Shown: positions 50,426 through 55,538 of the stretch, in pieces
How positions within the stretch are numbered: the first letter of the stretch is position 1
Layout of the letters: every line of letters starts with the position of its first letter
Origin: Acidimicrobiia bacterium
Lineage (GTDB): Bacteria; Actinomycetota; Acidimicrobiia; Spongiisociales; ZC4RG35
Direction of reading: 5' to 3'
NCBI GenBank assembly: GCA_040905925.1
Contig: JBBDQO010000019.1
Location: 1 to 55,538, forward strand
Length of the DNA: 55,538 nucleotides
The notes under the pieces: generated by a model
Database searches by the model: none
The model's input: only the letters and a program-made list of their open reading frames with translations
Told to the model about the DNA's origin: nothing
Position numbers and translations under genes: made by a program

Positions 50426-51714
50426 CGATGCTCTCGGACCTCGGCCCCTACCCGACCGACGACGGATACGGCGAGGCGCTGGCAGCCGACGCCACGGACC
50501 CTCTGGCCGAGTTCCGATATCGATTTGTCTTCACCGAACCCGACCTCATCTATCTGGACGGCAATTCGCTTGGGCGGATGCCGCTAACCGCCAGACGCCT
50601 CGTCGATGTGGCGGTCGAAGCCGAATGGGGGGACCGCCTCATCCGGTCTTGGAATGAAGGATGGTGGGACCTCCAACTCAAGTTGGGGGATCTGCTCGCT
50701 CCATTGATCGGCGCGTCGGCAGGCGAGGTCATCATCTCGGATTCGACATCCGTGAACTTGTTCAAACTGGCTGCCGCCGCGGTACGAGCGCGACCTGGCA
50801 GACACACCATCATCACCGACGATCTCAACTTCCCGAGCGACGTCTACGTCCTGGACGGCGTGTCGAAACTGCTCGGCCCCGACTACCGCTTTGTCGTGGT
50901 CGAATCCGATGGGATCCACGGGCCGATCGACACTCTGGCCGGCACCATCGACAACGACACCGCTCTCGTCTCGCTGTCACACACGTCGTTCAAGTCCGGG
51001 TTCACCTACGACATGGCGACGGTGACGGAGATGGGGCATTCCGCGGGTGCTCTGGTCCTCTGGGACCTGAGCCATTCGGTGGGTGCGGTCCCCATCGATC
51101 TTACGGCCTCGAAGGCGGATCTAGCGGTCGGCTGCACCTACAAGTACCTCAACGGCGGACCCGGTGCTCCGGCCTTCCTCTATGTGCGTTCCGAGCATCA
51201 GGACACTCTCGAGAACCCGATCACGGCGTGGTGGGCCCACACCGACCCATTTGCGATGGATCTCGATTTCGAGCCGGTGTCCGGGATACGGCGGTTCCAC
51301 ACCGGCACCATGCCGATCCTATCGCTGACCGCGATCGAAGCCGGGATTCGTGATGTGGCCGAGGCCGGAATCGAGCCGATCAGATCGAAGTCGGTGGCGC
51401 TGTCGGAGTACTTGATCTCACTGTGGGAGACCCATCTCCAGGCGTTGGGTTTCTCCCTGGCCTCGCCTCGGGATCCCGACCGGCGCGCCTCGCACATTGC
51501 CCTGGCCCATCCCGATGGGTGGCCGATCACCCGGGCCCTGATCGATGGCGCCGCGGTCATCCCCGACTTCAGGGCACCCGACACATTGAGACTCGGCCTG
51601 GCCCCGCTCTACACCTCTTTTCTCGACGTCCATACCGCCGTGCTGAGGCTTAAGCGGGTCGTGGAGACGGGCCTATATGAGGACTTCCGTCACGTCTCCC
51701 TCACCGTGACCTGA
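50422..51714 (+). CDS. kynU: Kynureninase
   Basis: IYLDGNSLG, DSTSVNLFK, NFPSDVY, WDLSHSVG, GCTYKYLNGGPGAP, DFRAPD; ATGA overlap with LCP stop. Confidence 0.93.
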   Translation: MTMLSDLGPYPTDDGYGEALAADATDPLAEFRYRFVFTEPDLIYLDGNSLGRMPLTARRLVDVAVEAEWGDRLIRSWNEGWWDLQLKLGDLLAPLIGASAGEVIISDSTSVNLFKLAAAAVRARPGRHTIITDDLNFPSDVYVLDGVSKLLGPDYRFVVVESDGIHGPIDTLAGTIDNDTALVSLSHTSFKSGFTYDMATVTEMGHSAGALVLWDLSHSVGAVPIDLTASKADLAVGCTYKYLNGGPGAPAFLYVRSEHQDTLENPITAWWAHTDPFAMDLDFEPVSGIRRFHTGTMPILSLTAIEAGIRDVAEAGIEPIRSKSVALSEYLISLWETHLQALGFSLASPRDPDRRASHIALAHPDGWPITRALIDGAAVIPDFRAPDTLRLGLAPLYTSFLDVHTAVLRLKRVVETGLYEDFRHVSLTVT

Positions 51715-51724
51715 AGGGTGGTGC

Positions 51725-51802
51725 TGGTGGGCGATACTGGACTTGAACCAGTGACCTCTCGCGTGTGAGGCGAGCGCTCTAGCCAGACTGAGCTAATCGC
51801 CC
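51725..51802 (-). tRNA. tRNA-Val(CAC)
   Basis: GGGCGATTAGCTCAGTCTGGCTAGAGCGCTCGCCTCACACGCGAGAGGTCACTGGTTCAAGTCCAGTATCGCCCACCA; canonical cloverleaf, anticodon CAC, CCA encoded. Confidence 0.97.
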
Positions 51803-51863
51803 GTTTGGGGAAGGTCAGGATACCGACCCCCGCGCTCTTCCGGTTCCGTGATTGAATCCCCAC

Positions 51864-52205
51864 GTGAACCGTCGCCAGTTCGAGGAGGCAGTCGATCGCA
51901 TCTTGGAGGGCCTTCCCCCATGGGTGGTCGAACAGATCGACAACCTCGTTGTGGTCGTCGAGGAACGCCCCGATGAGGAGCAGGGGGACATCCTCGGTAT
52001 CTACGAAGGGGTGTCACTTCCTGAGCGCGCCGCCGACTATTGGGGAGCCCTGCCCGATCGAATCGTGATCTTTCGAACTCCCCACCTGGAGCTGGGTCTC
52101 AACCGGCAAGACCTCGAGACCGAGATTCGCCGGACTGTGTTACACGAGATCGCCCATCACATCGGAATCGACGACGAACGACTGGCCGAGTTGGGTTGGG
52201 ACTAG
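51864..52205 (+). CDS. Zincin-like minimal metallopeptidase
   Basis: LGIYEG, PDRIVIFR, TVLHEIAHHIGIDDERLAELGW (HExxH); start 51864 or 51852. Confidence 0.88.
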   Translation: MNRRQFEEAVDRILEGLPPWVVEQIDNLVVVVEERPDEEQGDILGIYEGVSLPERAADYWGALPDRIVIFRTPHLELGLNRQDLETEIRRTVLHEIAHHIGIDDERLAELGWD

Positions 52206-52597
52206 CGGCGACGAGTTTCGGGAATCCCCGCCTTCTTCAACACCGCCGCCGGCACACCGAATCGACGCCATGCGGTGTAGCTGATGCTTTTTCGCTGCGA
52301 ATACCCTTTCGCGTTTGCCACGAAATCCGCCTCGATCTGATCGAGATTCGCCACATCCTTCACTGACGCCAACGCTTCCTCTATATCGAGTCTCGATTGG
52401 ACCAGATCCAATCGCTTCAAGGGATCATCCATCCCTTCCAGCTTTGCATTCACGGTGGCGAGTCGCGAAGTCAAGCTCTCCTTTGTGACCGGTCGTCCCG
52501 GTTTACGGGACTCGATCGTTTTGAGATAGTTCTTGATCGCCCTCGACTCCTTGCGGCCGCGTGCCAGTGCGTCTTTGTGTGCTTGGGACATAGCCAT
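52202..52597 (-). CDS. Basic hypothetical protein (131 aa)
   Basis: ATG 52597 with AGGAGG SD; RKPGRP motif, coiled-coil-like middle, ISYTAWRRFGVPAAVLKKAGI C-terminus. Confidence 0.8.
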   Translation of the reverse strand: MAMSQAHKDALARGRKESRAIKNYLKTIESRKPGRPVTKESLTSRLATVNAKLEGMDDPLKRLDLVQSRLDIEEALASVKDVANLDQIEADFVANAKGYSQRKSISYTAWRRFGVPAAVLKKAGIPETRRR

Positions 52598-52774
52598 GCC
52601 AGATCCTCCTAATGCTTCTGCGTCGGACGGGTCAATAATGCCACATCTTGGGGGCCCTGAGAGCGGCGGATTCATGATCAAGAACCCCAGTGCTACGGAC
52701 ACAAAACGCGTCTTCACGTGAACTACTCTTCGCTCCCTCGGACCAATGACCTAGCCCTTTTCGAAAGGCCCGAC

Positions 52775-53233
52775 ATGAGGCGCACCATTGCCGCGCTGCT
52801 TCTGCTGACCGCCTGCGCGGGCACAAGCGAAGCAACCACAACCCTGCCAGAACCCACGACGGCAGCGCCAACGACACCCGAGGCCACAACTACAACAACC
52901 CTCGCGACAACCACGACCATTGATGTGATAGCGGCGGCGTGTACAGAGGACGCACTCCTCCAGGCCATGGATCGGGACCTGCCCCGCTACCCAGATCTGA
53001 CGCTGGTCGGCGTTGAGATCACTGAGTGTCAAGCCGGTTACGCCCGTGTAATCGCCATGCCGGATCAGTCAATCTGTCCCGAAGCCAACAACTGCATGGA
53101 AAACGAGCAGGTATTCCTCCGCGACGTGTCAGGCCGTTGGGAGATCATCGGGTCAGGTACGGGTCTGACGTGTTCGGACGCCGATCTGTCCGAGGAGCTC
53201 GTTGCGGCGTGCGAGGCTCTCGACCTGCGGTGA
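52775..53233 (+). CDS. Predicted lipoprotein with Thr-rich linker
   Basis: MRRTIAALLLLTAC lipobox; Cys-containing C-terminal domain. Confidence 0.75.
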   Translation: MRRTIAALLLLTACAGTSEATTTLPEPTTAAPTTPEATTTTTLATTTTIDVIAAACTEDALLQAMDRDLPRYPDLTLVGVEITECQAGYARVIAMPDQSICPEANNCMENEQVFLRDVSGRWEIIGSGTGLTCSDADLSEELVAACEALDLR

Positions 53234-53456
53234 GATTCAGCTTCCCGCGTCTCGTCGCCTCGTCACGTAGAAAACCCCCACGCTGGTGAGGGTTTCCGTC
53301 GGTGGGCCCTCTAATCGCCGAATGTGAACGACAAGGGCTCGACTGGCAAGCAGTCGCAGGGATTTCCCCGGACATGCTCGAACGTTGGCGACGCAGCGAG
53401 ACGGCCCAAACGAGAGGGATGCGCTCCGGAATGTCTGGCGCCTAGGGTTGGCGCAC

Positions 53457-53729
53457 ATGAGTGAGTTTGGCGATGACATCATCCGGCAGGTTCAGGACGC
53501 CGTCGACGGGGTGATCGACGAAGACCTGGCCGAAATGGAGATCGACTTCAACCGACTGGCGGCATCCCTGGTAAGCCGGCCCGAGGATGAGATCAGAGAT
53601 GCACTTACTCGGTTCTGGGCTGACAACCTCGATTCGCTTGACGAAGACGTGACCGATTGGATCGAGGACGACACGAGCGCCCTCGCGAACGGCGAACTCG
53701 TCACTCTTGACGTCAAACGACTGAGCTGA
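53457..53729 (+). CDS. Small acidic hypothetical protein
   Basis: 90 aa from ATG 53457, TAGGGT -10 upstream, coding-like codon pattern. Confidence 0.55.
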   Translation: MSEFGDDIIRQVQDAVDGVIDEDLAEMEIDFNRLAASLVSRPEDEIRDALTRFWADNLDSLDEDVTDWIEDDTSALANGELVTLDVKRLS

Positions 53730-53921
53730 CGCCCTAGCCAGCGGCTGGGCTACGACCGCTCCGGTGTTCGTGTAGCTCTCTAGCGGGAAGCCGGAGGCCG
53801 ATACGTCGTCCACGCTCGAAGAGAGCCAGGAGGCTTCCGGACCCGGAGGCGCTTTCGACACTGGGATTCGATTGAGGGGCCTCTGATCTCGACACTGGGT
53901 AGGTTCGCGCTTCCCCGAGAC

Positions 53922-54278
53922 GTGGAGACGATGGTGGAGATCACACCAGCAGGGCTCGTGCTTACGGCGGCGAACGATCGAGTTCAGCGCGCATACCCAT
54001 TCGCGTACCAGTTCAACATGATGTGTCAGCAGGCGATCATGGGCGACGAGGCGGCCACGCTCCCCGAACTGACTGCGACCAGGAAGCTCGAAGATCATGA
54101 GGGCGCAGCAGTCAATGTGGTCTTCTCTGCGCTTCTGGGTGCTGCTAATTCGGGTTCCATTGACGCCATCATGGGTGTAGCGACCTTCGGGCTACCTCTA
54201 ATCGCGAAGTGGGCGCAGTATCTCGTGGTGATCGAACAACACCCTGATCTCGACTTCTCTCGCGACGACGAGAGCTAG
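53922..54278 (+). CDS. Hypothetical protein
   Basis: 118-aa ORF with natural-looking composition; no recognisable motif. Confidence 0.45.
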   Translation: METMVEITPAGLVLTAANDRVQRAYPFAYQFNMMCQQAIMGDEAATLPELTATRKLEDHEGAAVNVVFSALLGAANSGSIDAIMGVATFGLPLIAKWAQYLVVIEQHPDLDFSRDDES

Positions 54279-54407
54279 CTCGACTCTGGCGTATGACGGC
54301 AAAACCCGTTTTGCCTCGCCGGTATTCGCGGCGAGTTTCGCTCGACCTCGATGGGGGCCAGCGTCTAGGGGTCTCCCCCTGGCCCTTCACGATGCGATCG
54401 GGTAGCT

Positions 54408-55052
54408 CTACGGATCGGTGTAGCGCTCACCTTCCATCTGGTCCCGTTGGAAGTCTTCCTCCAGCTGATCGTCGATCGCTTCCGCCGTCCCTGGACAGGC
54501 CAAGCCGAACCCGTCGATGTGTTGGACCTCCGACTCCCAGCACCATTCGTCGTAGTCGTCGAGGCAACGGCCATCGTCGTGACATCCGTATTGCTGAGGC
54601 GAGTACCGACCGGATCGAGTCACAGCCCCGACGTATGAGTTGAGGGCCGCCGTCACCTGGGCCTCGAAGTCTTCAAGCTCCCGCTCGTAGGCGTCGTAGC
54701 ACGCGCCGATGTCGTTGCTGAAGTCCTCGGCACAGGTTGTTCTGACCTCGTCGTCGTACAGCACGAGAAGACTGAATTCTGTGTAGACCGGCCTTCCGAT
54801 TGAAGGGTCGCTGGCGGTTGGGGTGGCGAGACCTGTGGTCGTCGACGCGAGGGGCGGAAGAGTTGTCGCGGTCTCGACGGGTACGACATTGGATGCAGCG
54901 GGTTCCCTTCCCCACCCGAACGCAGCTGCCAGCCCACCAAGGATCAGCGCCACCACGAGGCCAACCACCGCGGTCGCGGTAGCGACGGCGAGGACCCAGG
55001 CGAACGGTCGCTGCCATCGAGGCAGGTCTGAGAAGAACCCGTTATCGGGCAT
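54408..55052 (-). CDS. Hypothetical membrane-anchored protein
   Basis: N-terminal TM, Thr/Pro linker, acidic Cys-containing domain; TAGGTT -10 seven nt before ATG. Confidence 0.65.
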   Translation of the reverse strand: MPDNGFFSDLPRWQRPFAWVLAVATATAVVGLVVALILGGLAAAFGWGREPAASNVVPVETATTLPPLASTTTGLATPTASDPSIGRPVYTEFSLLVLYDDEVRTTCAEDFSNDIGACYDAYERELEDFEAQVTAALNSYVGAVTRSGRYSPQQYGCHDDGRCLDDYDEWCWESEVQHIDGFGLACPGTAEAIDDQLEEDFQRDQMEGERYTDP

Positions 55053-55275
55053 GGGACAGAACCTAACGGCACCATTTCAGGACGACCAGCAACTCTCCGA
55101 TGGGCCCGCGCAGATCGCGCGAGATCGTCTCGATCGAAGCTCCCGCGTCCCTCTAGTCGTCGGGTCGCTCTCGCATCGCGTAGACACGAATCTCGTGGCT
55201 CTCGAGAGCTTCTAGCTCCGTCGCCTGGCCGTCGACTGCCCGGCCAGGATCGACCTTGGATCGCGCGATCCGAAG

Positions 55276-55536
55276 TCACTCGTCGAGCGAGAGCCCGATG
55301 TGTCGTTGGAGCGCTCTCGTGAGATCGCCGATCTCGGGATGGTCGCTGATCGCGGTAGGCCAGAAGCCGGGAGGGTGCGTCCTCAGGCTGTCGTAGAGGT
55401 TCGACGGTCTGTCGCCGAAGAGCGCAGCAAGATCGGGATACTTCGTGTCGAGAGCTTCGGCGAAGTCGCGTAGCCCACGAGAGAGTGCGAAGGCGATCTC
55501 GGTCAGCGGCCACGCGCCGGGATGCGGCTCCCATCC
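55276..55536 (-). CDS. C-terminal part of a hypothetical protein (start outside window)
   Basis: Manual translation of open frame ...GWEPHPGAWPLTEIAFALSRGLRDFAEALDTKYPDLAALF...ALQRHIGLSLDE*. Confidence 0.55.
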   Translation of the reverse strand, partial: GWEPHPGAWPLTEIAFALSRGLRDFAEALDTKYPDLAALFGDRPSNLYDSLRTHPPGFWPTAISDHPEIGDLTRALQRHIGLSLDE

Positions 55537-55538
55537 TG

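Noticed and set aside
51725-51802. tRNA-Val as an integration site
   Set aside because: Its 3' end abuts kynU, and I saw no duplicated 3' fragment or integrase in the window
54944-55534. 196-aa Arg-rich minus-strand ORF
   Set aside because: Alternative frame; the frame ending at 55276 gives a more protein-like sequence

Overview
GC-rich chromosomal window, most likely from an Actinomycetota genome. An Acidimicrobiia-like assignment is an inference from the gene set and order. Most of it is conserved housekeeping DNA on the minus strand: thrS, pgsA-patA-pimA, pdxS-pdxT-yebC, ruvCAB, queA-tgt-yajC-secD-secF-apt-relA, hisS-aspS, rarA, alaS-ruvX-mltG-aroE, aroCKB, efp-nusB and pyrR-pyrB-pyrC-carA-carB(partial). 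It also holds fusA2-gltA, an mshD-like gene, kynU and tRNA-Val(CAC). The standout lies in the yebC-ruvC junction, where these genes are usually adjacent. A complete 1903-bp IS1595-family element (31727-33629; 27-bp TIRs, perfect 8-bp target duplication GACAGAAA) carries a convergent cargo cassette besides its transposase. The cassette comprises a putative winged-helix protein, a perfect 13-bp hairpin, a non-canonical 8/4-fold tRNA-like gene (allo-tRNA-like, with Ser-type identity elements and an ambiguous anticodon) and a 58-aa acidic ORF missing from the ORF track. The IS sits at the edge of a LexA/PafBC-type promoter of a DUF222/HNH gene and beside REP-like repeats. The last ~2.3 kb are hypothetical genes that may be the edge of an accessory island. 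All calls were made by eye without database searches.
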